Program-made: the position numbers and the translations under genes
Origin: Lingula anatina
Taxonomy: Eukaryota; Animalia; Brachiopoda
NCBI GenBank assembly: GCA_051362555.1
Contig: CM120648.1
Location: forward strand, 6,754,587 to 6,818,586
Reading direction: 5' to 3'
Length of the DNA stretch: 64,000 nucleotides
The notes under the pieces: generated by a model
Database searches by the model: none
Told to the model about the DNA's origin: nothing
What the model saw: only the letters and a program-made list of their open reading frames with translations
In this document: positions 1-13,800 of the stretch, piece after piece
Numbering within the stretch: position 1 is the first letter of the stretch
Layout: every line of letters begins with the position of its first letter

Positions 1-109
1 ATGTTCCTTTTCACAATGTCAACTGAATAGGATGTGAGGATGGACAACAGACAGACAGACAAATAAAAAAATCAAAAGGCGTACGAATATCAAAACAGAC
101 ACAACTCAC

Positions 110-3100
110 CATTTCCGCTGGATTGACCAAATTATTGACATAGAGAAGATTTTGCCACCAATTCATGCGGCAGTATTTCTCATCGGTCGAGTACTCCGGG
201 GCCATAGGGCCATGCATTACATAGGGGGTAATGGTGGTGTTCAAGAAGATGACCATGGCATACAGAGGTGTTATTCTGAAATCAAAAGTATTCGGACATT
301 TCACGAATGAAAACAAAACAAAAAAAAAATGATAATAATGCATCTCTCAATTAACGTGTTAAGAATCTTTCCCCCTCCACCCCTCACCGGAAAAAATTGT
401 CATACAAAATTATGACGGCAAGTCTAAACACAAATACATTAATATATGACATTAAGATGAAATCGTTCAGTGTATGACATATTTTTCATTAAAAGATTAC
501 TTATTTCAATCAAAAGGGATATAACTATTGTTCACCTCCAAAACCTGTGGATGTAGAAAAAGCTCATTTCTTTGAAGGTCACTTTTTTGAGCCTCTGTGC
601 CCGGCCAAGAAACACGTACGACACAAAAAGACCACTGCAATATAGAACAGACAAATGTCAAAAGAAACAATGAAATTGACTTACAAATACGAGTTCTTAT
701 ACAAGTGATATTGTATCTCAATATAGAACAAGATCAAGTGGTGAGATATGAAATGAAAATTTGAACTTTAGACGACGTACTATATTTGGTTCTTTCCCCA
801 TCAGGATTGCTGTTTATGTTTTTTTCTGAATACATAACACAAATACATGAAAAAGATTGCGATTTGACCCACACCTCATAAGGAAGAAGACATCCACAGG
901 AAAGGTACCATTGAATATCGCCATGAATGTAACCTCGTTGGCTTTCTGGAACACCTGTAGGGGGTTGGCTGAAAAAGAAAATTTCAGCTTACACCAAAAC
1001 TTAGAAGAAACATCCTTTGTTTGCTGTTATTCTTTTATGGTCATGATTTTCTAATGAGGTAACGACATATCTCAGTTGGAGTAGACTAGACGTCGCCAAC
1101 AATTGTTTTGTCCTACAAGTACAACACGACTGGTAATATTGATTTCGTTGTCTATGAACGGAGTTAAAAAAGGAAAGAAAAAATTAGCCTGGGATAAAAA
1201 GGAAGCAAAGGGGAGAATGCGATTGGAAATGGGGGGGGGGGGGGGGGCAATAAGACATTAAAAGAGAAAAAAGTTCTATACCGTTATTACAGTAAGGTGA
1301 TACGCATACGAAAATTTACCATCAATTAATTAAAAAAATATATAGTAAATAAATAAGATCTAAAGAAGAATAGCCAAAGGTCAGTTTATTGACCACCCTT
1401 ACAGAACATCACCCCGAAGGCCGTCATGGTGAAGTAAGTGTGCCCCAGTATCACCCATGTAATACTCAACACGCGGATAGCGTTCACACAGTGTAACGTG
1501 CCCGCTGGAGAATCCGTGTCCATTATCTTTTGTACGTTACTGTACAGTGAGAACGCTCGCAGGATCAGGAGACACTTTCCTGTTTAAGGAAGAAATAAGT
1601 GTTTGTATTAAAAATTCTGATAAGCATATTACATATCACGAACATATATTACATATTTGATAATTTATAGATTTGAATTTATCTTTAACTTGTCATATAA
1701 AAATTATTGGAGTGTTTATTTATAAATATTTAGACATACTTTGCAGGCTTGGATCGTTTTCGTCAGGGGTGTTTCCACATGAACTTATGTCCATTATGTT
1801 ATGACTTTTGGGTGTAATTTGTGCGTACTCTGTTTTATTTATTTATTGTGGCAAATTAAATATGTAGATATTCTGCACGTTTCGTTCGCTATGCAAAAAA
1901 AAAAACAAATGTCCCAGTATAACACTGAAAAGGTTGCTGAGATGCATTCCAGCTACACTTTAATTTTAAGCACCCTTATTTTATATTACCTCTTTTCTTT
2001 GGCAGCAACTGGTCTTCATCTGTGCGTCGTCCATTCTTATAAGTTTCAAGTCCAAAAGATGTCACTGAACCTGTAATCGTTATATTGTCCATAGTGACAG
2101 GATAAATGTTATTACATAGTATGTTTCATCAACTCACGATTGAAATGATACATCTGAGTACAAAACATGGAACCAAGTAGAGACAAGATCAGGGGTGGAA
2201 GGAAGGATCTTATAGGTGGCCTATGCTTCAAGATGGGCAACAGGCAGAGAATAGTAAGCAGTTAAACTACACAGATAACGTACATTTACAACCATCTGTT
2301 TTCTAAAGCCCCTTCAAAATCTAAAACAGCAACGTGTATAGTAAAAAAGGTAACAAGGACTTCTCCTCACTTATAATTTTAGTTATTTAATTGTTTTAAA
2401 AAACGATTTTATGTGCTTGTATTTTGGAATTAATTTGGTCCTCATTTATAAACCAGTCCATGTGTTTTACATACACGGTAAATACATGATAATGAAGCGT
2501 TTACCGTCATTGTCTCTATGCTGTATTTCATCACCGCCATCTAACTCGACTTTGTTATGGTGGCACATGCTAGCACAGCAAACATCACACCACTGACAGC
2601 TGTTTGTCTTCTTGCACTCATCACACATCGAACGCTGTAACGACAAATCTTGTCATTTTAACGATTTAGAGATTCTAGTAAATCATTCGACCCTGAGAAA
2701 ATATACTTTTTGAACTAGACCGTTTTGTGCATTACATGATGTCATAATTAAGAAGAATGGTCTAATAGCGAAAATCTGAATCTGTGCCATTCGTAATATG
2801 TAAAATCTGCTTTGACTTTGTATATGATACTCACAGTCAACGTAACATTATTTTTCTTTGATGGATTAGTTTTGGAAGCGCGGGAAGTCTTTGTGCTCGT
2901 TGAGAAATAACGAGAGTCCAGAACGTCATAGATAGTCCCCAAAATGACCACCAAAACGAACACACACCCAAGAATGCTACAAAGGGACAAAAGTCCATTT
3001 ATGACATAATAGCAGTCTAAGCAGTTAAAATGTTGTGCTTTACCCGGTATCATTATCTCCCAACATCTTTGTTGTATAACACATGCATCTCTAAATGACA

Positions 3101-5744
3101 TGACTGGTAAACTTAAAACACAAATAATTATGCAGAAATAAGAAGATGAATAATTTTTGGACACCAATAAATCTCTGTTAAAGAAAAATATTTTAAAACT
3201 CGATGAACTAATTCAGATATACCAGTATTGCATTGGTTTATCAAAAACTTCTAACATGTAATAGTTGAACAGTTTTGCTCACTTCTAACATATTAATAGC
3301 TTGATTTCATATATATATATGGGCATAAGTATCACATTTGCTGGGAAACAGTGCAAATGTACCTTGCACAGATGGCGCCAGCGTCGGTTCTGAAGTCAAG
3401 ACGTCTGTCTCCCTTGCACACTATCTGTACGGCATCCCTGGCGCCAATGGAGCGAAAAGCGGCTGGAATGTGACGGTTAAGAAATGTAAGAAACCTACGT
3501 TAATACGGTTGATTGAAGGGAGGGGTGTATTATAAGGAAAAATGAAATAAAGGAGGGACTGATGCATGTTGGAAAAAATGGAGAGAGAAAATAGTGTAGA
3601 AAATAAGAATATCTTGATGAATAGGAAAAGGAAGAATTAGGGTGGAAGAAGGAAAAGGAAAGAGAGCAAGGAATGAACAATAAAATAAACAAGTAGTTGC
3701 AAAACTGAACATATTGATTGAACGATAATTCCTTGAATATTAAAAATTAATTAAAGAATTCTAGGGCATACTAACGAATGCCAACAACAGCTCCTGACAA
3801 CCAGAGGTGAAAACCGTTGTTCTAAGAGGGGCCTACATATTTTTTATTTGTCTATTTCTTACCTGTTAAATCTCTGGAAGAACACCGTTCAGAAACACAC
3901 ATAGCTACCTGGATACTTGCTCCCTACAATATACCGAAAAGTTACGCTTGCTGTTTGGCCGTCTAGTGTTCACCATAGCTTAAACTGTACTTCTACAATA
4001 GATATACATTATTTCTCGGCTATCGATTTCATAATTTAAATGAATACTCTGACAATGCTGAATTTCTTAAATTCTCGTAGTCCAGCGCTGCCTAAGGGTC
4101 GTCACTTAAAGCACAATCAGCGGTGCAAAAAAAAGGCCGGACGGATAATGGAACAAAGGGTAAATTTTTAAGGCAACAATTTTATAGGCCGCTTTCACAA
4201 ACCGTTGTTCCGCGGACTAACAGATTTGTGGATCAAATATGGCCGTCCCACTTAAAAGCTTGCCGCAAAATCCCCTAAAAGACACTGAATAGATTCCCAG
4301 TGGGGATTAGGGGGCAAGCTTTCAAGTGGATCGGCCATATTTGTTAGTTCGCGGATCATCTTTGGTGGCGAATGTGGGTCTAATATTACCTGCGGCGCAT
4401 TGAGAACTCCATCTGGGAATGGTATCTTTACCAGACAGTATTTCCCCTGGAACTCGTGGTCAACAGATAAGCCAGGAGTCACGGAGCTGCACGGAACAGA
4501 GCCACGGGAAATGTAAAGTACACATATAATGGCAAGGAAGGATATTAAGCGTATTTTGATAACGTGTTTATGTTACCTTATGGAACTGTTAAAATTTCCA
4601 CATTTTTTACAAATTTTAATTATTGTCATTATTATTGTTATTAGTAGTAGTAGTAGTAGCAGAAGTAGTTATAGTAAAAGGTTAAGTAACGTATTATTTT
4701 GGCCTTTCATCTTTAGTCATTAAGAGTGCAGCGCGTGATGTTCAATTTAAATTTTTTAGAATCTCATCCTTTCAGATATTTGCAGTGGTGTAAACCAATG
4801 CTTTATACTATTTAGAGACACCCGAAAAAGGTATGTAGGTAAGTCTTCCAGTCGTATTTTACATATCAAATTGTCATTAGACCGGCGGAAGTCGCTGAGA
4901 GGGAGACTCAAAATCGTCAATTGGGTTACATGTAAATCTTTATCTATCAATAGTTTTAACAACTTTACTGACAGAATCTAATTAAAAGTTGATGCATGAA
5001 CGCTAACCGTAGGTTTTAATGCTTTTAAACTTACTTACATCGTGGTCCTTGCAGTTGTCCCCACACACTCGTCATAGAACCCCATCCACATCAGATTGCC
5101 TTGGTAGATCCCAGTCTCCGGCTTGCCCATGGCGTCCAGCACTAGAACGGTGGATAGAATACCAACTTATTTAAGATCTCTTTACCAACGCATAGATGCA
5201 TGAAGATGGGGAGAAATGCTGAGATTCCTATACTCAAGTCTTGACAGATTAAATATTGCAGTAATTTGAGGGGTTATGAAATGGACGGGGAAAAAAGCAT
5301 TAGTTTTTGTTGGGGAAACAGCAAAGGTTTCGGGTGATTGTTAGAAGGGTTATGAAAAAACTCAAATTCACGACACCTTATATTCCAGTAAAAAAAGTGA
5401 TAATGCGTGTTGCGTCGGCCGCCAATCACCCTTAGATTCTGAGATTTCCGGGAACTAACCTCCATCGTCAGGGTGTTACAAGCACAGCGCCTGTACTAAT
5501 GTCATGACTTTTACCTTTAGCTGCAATCTTTCTTTACAATGAGGTTACTCTTACACGTGTTTGCACAGATGGCGAGAAGCACACGAGATGGGATGCATTG
5601 CGAGTGTGTTGAAGATAAAAGATAACCCATATCTAGCATCTTCAAAACAAAGATAAGCCCCAAGGTGAAAGTCAGTATATATAGGTGACGTAAACAGTTG
5701 TGCTTTCTTAGTATCGTTATCTTCACTATTATTATTATTATTTA

Positions 5745-5775
<31 letters not shown>

Positions 5776-6562
5776 TATTATTATTATTATTTTTTTTTTT
5801 TTTTGGGGGGGGGGGGGGGGGAAGGTTCTCGCTGGACCGTATAGTACGCTACTATGAACACAAATTGAACCAGAGAAATGCCTGTAATATAGTGTAAATA
5901 TCTCGTAAAACAACTACTCTTTGGCCCTGGAAGAGTTCCTCAGACCACCTACCAGGTACATGTACCACTATTTTAAAGAACGTGAATATGTTTTAGATGA
6001 CCCTTAGAGGGAGTTCTTTTTGCCACCCATCTTAGCTGTAAAAATAAATGCAGATGTACAGAATGCACTCACGCTTCAGAGCCCACGGCTCTCCTCGCTG
6101 AAGACCTTGTAAGAACAGGAAAGCGTCTTCATAGCAATCAGATGACACATTGGCGGGCCTCCCCAGCAAACCACTCTGCGCTCCCTGGATCAAGATGCCA
6201 ACAAAGTCATCAAAATTCACCAAGTTAAACACTCCCTTAAGGTTCTCCTTCATAACAGTGGCGTTCTTTGGCAATTCGTAGGCTTTCACATACTGCAGCG
6301 TGTCGATGACCATCTCAGACGCCGTTCTCATTAACGGCAATCCAGTCGTGTTCAAAAACTCGACAATGGCGGGAAAGTTGTTGTCAATGAATCTATCTAA
6401 GGCCGTCGCGGTGCCGTTGGACCATAACGTTATCAGTAAGTTCTGTGTCAGTCTGGCAAGTTGAGAAAGATCGGAGTTTCCAAACCCTCCCGTCTCCGCC
6501 AAGCCCAGAAACTGGCTGAACAGGAGAAGGCTTGCTACAAGTGCCCAGGACGCCGTTTTCAT
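110..6562 (-). CDS. Nose resistant to fluoxetine 6 (NRF-6)/O-acyltransferase-like protein (NRF domain + acyltransferase-3 domain); partial, 3' exons lie left of the window
   Basis: Phase-consistent GT-AG exons: 6562-6073, 5141-5039, 4486-4390, 3923-3863, 3462-3363, 2976-2835, 2634-2505, 2070-1990, 1579-1403, 968-875, 634-536, 275-110. Signal peptide MKTASWALVASLLL; NRF motifs WALKLLDAMGKPETGIYQGNLMWMGFYDEC and GKYC; AT3 motifs AFSLYSN, AIRVLSITWVILGHTY, VDVFFLMSG, FYIHRFWRITP, CRMNWWQNLLYVNN. Confidence 0.9.
4187..4380. mobile_element. MITE-like foldback element in an intron of the acyltransferase gene
   Basis: Long imperfect inverted arms: left ccgcggactaaca...aaatatggccgtcccacttaaaagcttgcc versus reverse complement of right ccgcgaactaacaaatatggccgatccacttgaaagcttgcc. 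TA-flanked, no coding capacity. Confidence 0.65.
5727..5821. repeat. Compound microsatellite (ATT)n + poly-T + poly-G
   Basis: Directly visible simple repeats in intron 1 of the acyltransferase gene. Confidence 0.9.
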
Positions 6563-7996
6563 CTTTAGTGAATGTCTTGTTTGTATTTATACCCTTTTAA
6601 ATCCTGCTTGCAGATATATGAACACTTTGAAATTACGTTGCTCTCTGGTCTTTGCTCCGTTTTGTGTAACCATGAATACAAGGAACACAATACCTCGTGT
6701 AGCACAGGTTGTTCAATAATAATGTTCAACGCAAAAGGTTCTGAGGTCGCCTGAAATACCTAGCAAACCGTTTGCCTGGAAGATGCCTCGCCTTGGATGT
6801 GAAAATCAAAGTAACATACACAACGTCATACAGAATGCTTGTCACACTCACAGAAAAAAAAATACAAAACCGTCCTTTTGAGTCAGGTCGCTGCATATAA
6901 GGAAATAGCGTCAGCCAAGTCTCTCTACCAGTACTGGAGTATGCCTTGAGTGAACACTGGATTATCCCATATGGGGATGATACGGGGTCCCGTGAACCAG
7001 CGCACGTGTTATCACACCTGAGGACAGCGCCAACTTTCTCTGAAGACCGCTTGGTTTGTGTGACATGTCAAAAATTGTAAAATGAAAGTTATCAGTGCGT
7101 CCCTTTTTAAGTGGGTTAATCCAGAGGCAGGGGGTGATGGGGTCATGGCCAGGTCAAGATGCCCAGGTTTTCTTTCTGGACACCACGGCAGGTGTGGTAG
7201 GAATGGTAGGCCTAGAAGTGGAAGTTCGGGCTCCTATATGATAAGTACAAGTTAAGGTTAGTTGGAGTATTGGGGTTACTATATGGGACGAATGTCACCT
7301 GTACAAAGTAATGGGAAGCGGACTACGGTTCCTAGCGGACTTCCATTTCTGTCACACAGTTTATATGGCGTGACTGGAGGCTAGGTCATCATAGCGACCC
7401 ACTCAGACGATTTCCCTAGTGTCATGAACCAGATAAATTTAGATTAACTTTTGCACACGCTATACGCCGCTCTGATTAAATGATTAAAATAAAATCAGAA
7501 GAAAAGGGCCAATCGAGGCACGTTACAAGGAAGCATCCAAAAGCGTACTTCTCACAGGTTTCCTCAGTTAAACCATTTTATTGAACTACACGCGTTAGTT
7601 TTTAAATTAACAAAATATTGTATCGATTTAAGAAACCGATCCCCGAGCAAACAAAACCAATACGCCATTTTTAAGTTTAAATTTATTAAAAATGCGTTTT
7701 ATTAACCCACCAGATGTCATTATGTATCTGTGAACAATATGTATAACAAACACATACATATACAAACAATCACCAGTTTAATTTGTAACAATTACCTTAA
7801 TTACACCATATTCCAACGATAAAAGCGGCAGTTTTTGGAATTAAAACCATACATATTTTCCAGAAACCGCAAATATAAGATGTAAAAACAGCAACACCAT
7901 ACTGACTTGAAACAGAACGGTTCTCATAATTACTCAAAACATTTCTAAATAAAGGCTGCTTTATAAAGCAATCCATAGTCACTGTCACATCGTTGC

Positions 7997-8013
7997 CGCG
8001 TGGCATTATGGGA
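7997..8013 (-). promoter_or_regulatory. Staf/ZNF143-type binding motif
   Basis: Minus strand TCCCATAATGCCACGCG resembles the SBS consensus TCCCAnAATGCAnnGCG; ~1.4 kb upstream of the acyltransferase ATG. Motif match only. Confidence 0.35.
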
Positions 8014-10831
8014 TAGCATATTACAGAATGACATTAAGTAAGAAAAATAGATACCATTTTTTTGAAAAAATACTTTAAATTTCTACAAATAAAACAAAGT
8101 TATTCTTAGACTTTCTAGAAACTACAAACTGACCGCGGGGCTATTTATCATTTTAACAATATTGTTTTTATCCTACTTATCAATAAAGTATACTTAGCGT
8201 TTCAGATTGGTCTTTCACTAAAAGCGTACCTTTTCTAATTTCACTAACGTGATTTTTCTCAACCTAATACAATTACTATAAAAACTTTTACGGAAGTTTT
8301 CACAAATTCTAGAACAATATTATTTTTCGCTCACACTTTAAACAATAACACAATGAATACAGCAGGAACCATGCATTATATTCACCACCACATAATTATA
8401 TATATTCCCCGCGCCCCCGAACCCAGCTAAGGTTTAATGCAAAATTTATGACAATTGCAAAATACATTGAAAAATCCATGAAGACCATCAGCACATTGAA
8501 TTGTTTGTAGAGATATTAAAAATCACCACTTTTATCTTTTTCTATGTACATGTTTAATGTACATCTTAAATTGTATATACATCTATATGTACACTTCCTA
8601 GGCATAAACATTATATATAAAAGAGAGACGAACTTTGGTAGCAAGATGTTGATTAAGAAATTAACAACAACAATAAAAAGTTAACAAATTAATCAAAACT
8701 TAAGTAGTCATTCAAATAAATGAATAAATAAATAAATAACACATTAAAACATTTATTATAAAGGCCAAAATGTAATGATTTCAAAAAATTATTACGGCTA
8801 TCATTACTTCCCTAATTAGAAATACGTAACACAGAAAAAATACTTTCCTGGCAGTATCTTTAAAGCCTTCACTCTTTCAGTTTGGCGTAATTCATCAACA
8901 CAGCATTTCTTTTACTAATGAAGAGGTGGAATACAAACAAATGAAAAATGCAGTTGGGGAAAAAAGATATGATAAACAATTACACCATGAGTGAGATGGG
9001 AAGCCATGTTTACTTCTTGGCTCATCCATGATTTTCACCATCCACGAGTAAAATATGTCAGAGGCAAGACGGGGACGTGAGGAAAAGCTTATTAAACTGT
9101 CTGATAAAGTTAACGTACTAGTATAGTGAAATAGGCTGACAAAACCCCAGGAGTTTCGCAAAAGAAAAAAATAAAATAATAAATACAGTAATTATTCGAT
9201 ATCTTAAATTGGCAAATATCATCAAACTTTCGGAAACATAATTTTCGTAATCACAAAAATTATATTTCCATATATGGTGCTTGTACTGCATAGAATAGAA
9301 CTATAGAGTAGCCGGCTTTTTAATTTTGTTTCGACCACTCAATAACAATGTTCTAATTTAAATAAAAATTATTTTAAAATACAGTATCTGTAAAATTCAT
9401 GATTTTCTCCAAATGAAAAAAATCACTGTCAAGTAATTACACACTTAAATTCACGTGTATTGTCATCATTGAATAACTGACAGATACTTATTTTGAATAA
9501 TAAAAAAAAAATAATAACAGTATTGACAAAAGTTTGCTGGGCAAAGACAATGACCTTTGGATAAACACTTAAAATATACAAACAGTATAACACTTCAAAA
9601 TAACAGGTAACTGACAACATTTTACAATGAGAAAAGTTTTCAAATAACCAAACACCCCGAGTTTCAGACTTTTTTTAATACTCAGTAGACACACACAACA
9701 TTTCATAGCCTATAACCAGTGTGTTGATTACAGAGTAGTTGAAGTCTTTGAAACCCAGGGTGCTGATGCATGAATTGCATATCAGCCCACCACATGATTT
9801 AGAACCCAAGACGAGTTCTTCTCTGTCATTATCAGTGTAACATTTATACTGGACTGTTAATTTAAAGGGCCCCTCCATGAAAAAAGTCAAATTTATGGCC
9901 TGTAAAGCTTCTTATATTTCCCAATGCAGACTCTCAAGCCAATTAAACTCTCTATATAAAAGTTTATCTGTTTATCTGAGAGGTTCCTTGCATCTTTATC
10001 ATCTTCGCAGCCTCCTTTGGTATGCATGGTACCCAGCACAGGACCACGATACAAAACACACCGCCATTTTCTTGTGTGAAAACGAGGCAATGCAGGTGAA
10101 GACAGATGTCGTTACTTTGACTGGCCAATCATTACATACATCACTTTTAAATTAAAAATGGAGGAAAGTATTGATTCAAAGTACAGGAACAGGTCAAGCA
10201 ATAATTTGAGAGTAGGAAAAATTACTCCCTAATCCACAAAATTTATTTTGAAGGAAATTCCCATGGAGTGGCCCTGTCAATAGCCTTTAAGAGGACAGAA
10301 ATAGTCCACCAGCATTTTGCAGACCTTAACAAAGGTGATAATTTGTCTTCCAAGAAATGAATAAAGAGCATCATCGTACAGTATCATCTTAAAGCTATTG
10401 CCTGGGGACTAGTCTCAAAACAACTTTGGTGTTTTTATGGAAAACTGTTCGCACCTTACCTCGTAAAAATTGTTCAATAATTTCAGAGTTCTAAATTTGC
10501 TGCATACAGACAGGTGAATACTTTGTATATATGCATGTTTTTAACATGAAAAGTTTGCAAATATTCCGAAATTATACATCTCTTTCTGTTGCACAGGATC
10601 TCAATAAATTTTGGATGGGCAATTTTAAGCTAATATGCCACCTTTCCAAAAAATAAAGAAATAATAAAATAAATTGTACTTTGAACCATTCTTGCCTGGA
10701 TATCTCCCACTTTCTTTCTAATTACCATTCTATCAGAAAAACAACAATGAAAATAACATTTTGCAATGTTATCATTAAATAGAAAACAAACATAGTTTGA
10801 CTTTGTCTACTTTTTAAAAGTTGAGCAGCAC

Positions 10832-13800
10832 CTAATTATCGTCATCTTCCTTCCCGCCGTCCTCATTCCCAAGTTTGTCAGGGTAGTCTCGTTGGTCTGG
10901 GTCCACATCTTCATGGTCTGAAACATCAGCACAGAGATATGGCAATCAAGACATGGTTTTGGGTTTTTTGGTTATGAGAAAACAAGCAGGAACAAATGGC
11001 TTGGTGGTCTAACAATTGGAGGTGGGCTGGTGGTGGTGGGGGCACTTTGTGGCCTGAGAGTGATGCCAATTGTCTTTCACTTTTAGCTTTTAAGATATTG
11101 TCTTAGGTCAGGCTTTCAGCTAAAAACTTAAGCCTGGGAGTAATATCAATTTCTCCTCATATTTAGCTTTTAAAGACATAGTTAAATGGTTTCTATCCAC
11201 TGAGAGGCTAAACTCTGCTACTCACCGTGATGTTCCACATTTTTCTGTCCATCAATGTCATGGCCCTGGTCCTGCTGATCATGCAGGTCTACAAACTGGT
11301 CTGGTGGCACATTATGGAGGACGTCCTGAATGAAAAAAAAAAAAAGTGAAATATTTAAAGCATTCTTTACAAGATGCCAAATTAAATTATCTTCATCAGA
11401 AAAAAAAGTTATTTTCTTCTTGTCACAAATCATCATTTGACCTGCAGCTAAGTGTAGTTTCCAGTGGCCCCTAAAACACAGGATGTTACTGGCAGTTCCA
11501 GATTGTCTCCAGTAGTCTCTGTTGATTGTCTGAAGTGTCATGAACTCCATGCTTACAGTGCAAACTCATGGCATTGTCACAACAAAATCACCCTCAGCAA
11601 AATCCAAAAAACCTCTTTAACAACCAATCATTGTATATGTGAAACTGGAAAAACTTTCACAATAAGTCTAAATTACCTTTTTATCATTTTTCTCCCCATC
11701 CTCTCCCTCATGTCCCCCAGGAACATCCATCTGACCAGCAGGGGCCTCTTTGGGGGAATCAACATAAGGGCGCTGTGGGGGCTCCAGTATCTGGTGCACG
11801 GGGCCCTCTTTTTTGGCCTCATTTTTGGCTTCCTCATTCAGATTTTTAAGTTGACTATCTTCATTTGGTACTGGAAGCACAGGTTTGGGAAGTGGCTCCC
11901 GACCAATTTTATCCTGGTGTTTTAATGAGAGATCACTGTCTATTTCATTATCTCCTTGGTCTGCTGGTGCTGCTAATATATTCTCCTCATTGCCTTGGTT
12001 AGATTCTTTAGTTTTGTCTTGGTGCCCACCACCTGGTGGAGCCACTTGTCCAGGAAAGTCCACTCCCTGTCCTGCTTGCCCTTGTGTCTCCTTTGGCTTA
12101 TCTTGATTATCACTATCTTGCTTCTGAGTGACAAATAACAAATAAATAAATAAATAAATAATTAAATAAATAAATAAATAAATAATGATTTAAAATGGTA
12201 CCATGCTTTTTTGGTTGAGATCACAGCAAATTGTTGGAATTCATGCAAGTCTCTAAAGATATCATCATAGATCAACCACTTCCATTTTAATACATGTGGG
12301 ATGTCATGACGTGACAGTAATACCTACATGTGGAATGTCATGGTCTTCACCTGCTGGCTTTCTTGGAGGTATCTGGCCAGGAGCTAGAGGGGATAAAAGT
12401 GTGACCTCTCATTAATTACCTGTTAGTCTTAATTTTATTTTTGACTTTTGTGAGCTGATAAGCACATCTTGCAATTCTCAAGCAAAATGCTAATGGTTCT
12501 TAAATTTTGTGTTTGAATGAAAATGCAAAATATGCTCTCTAATATTTCTGACAATTATCACTGACTCAAGTTTAATTCAGCAAAGAGGTGAAAGATGTAA
12601 GAAATGATTTTTTTCTATTCTCATCTTGAGGTAAATGTGCTTAAATTAAGACGATGATGATTATTTTCATTTTTTCACAAAACAGTCTCTATGTGTATGA
12701 CATTGGTCTGTACCTTTTAACACTGGCTTATGTGGTTCCTCTTCTTTATCTTGCCTGAAATATTAATTTTTAAAATTCAATCCTTGGTGGTTAAAATATG
12801 TAATATATTCTCTTTTGCATAAAATTGAAGGGAATGATTACATTATATAAAAATTTTCAACTGGATCCACTTGACATCAAACACTATATCTAATATATTT
12901 GAATGATACAATAATATTACAAAGACAGCAGGCCTGTGAAAGAAATGCAGTTAATCAGAGACAATAATCTTAAATTATTCTCAATTCAAAAACCTGGGAT
13001 AACCAATATTAAGAAATACACATCCAAAGATTTCCTACATCTTCACATGAATTAAACCTTACCCTGGTGAGCTGGACTTGGGTTTGCCAACCTTCGGCTA
13101 AAAAATATTAAAAAATGTTGGAATTACATCAGTAATGTTACATAAAAGCCATGATGATCTTACCACCAAGTAAAAAGAGCCACTTCAGTATGAGATTAAA
13201 CAATTCTAGATTAATTGTTAAGTGTGTGCATAGTTGCAATGTATGTGTGTGCGTCAGAACTGTTAAACGACAAAACACTTGAACATTCATTCCAACTTTC
13301 ACGCCACTGAATTGGAAATCATCATACAACCTTCACCAAAATGTCATTCCTAGAGCCACAACCTCTTAACTGACCTCAAGGCATATTTAACCCTCATGCA
13401 ACCTTGACCTGCTTAATCTCATATGACCTTGACTTTCGCACTCTCATATGACCTTGACTTGCTAATGAATACTTCTTGTATATGACCCCATAGAAACAGT
13501 TGAAATTTATTCTACACATTGTTAAATATTGATAATTTTCTTTGATTTAGGTATTCTTCTAGTGTTATCATGATCATGTGTTAATACTCATTTTTGAACA
13601 AGTTTTTCCACCCCTACTGGCCTTTTAATTTTACACCTTCTGTACCTCTAAAGTTACTGTGTTGATGACCTTTTCATGGGACCATCACCAGAAGACAGCT
13701 TTTGAAAGACTTAGTCTAATGCCCCAAGAATAACCAATTACTTAATTTGTTCTACAAACATCTCCTTGTTTGGCATGCACTAATCTTAATGCCCACATTG

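Noticed and set aside
536-634. Apparent premature TGA in an acyltransferase exon
   Set aside because: With the six-A run counted correctly the frame is open (RLKKVTFKEMSFFYIHRFWR); no pseudogenisation or selenocysteine.
7600-10800. Short ORFs between the acyltransferase gene and GOLIM4
   Set aside because: AT-rich, no domain motifs or consistent splice pattern; probably GOLIM4 3'UTR or intergenic.
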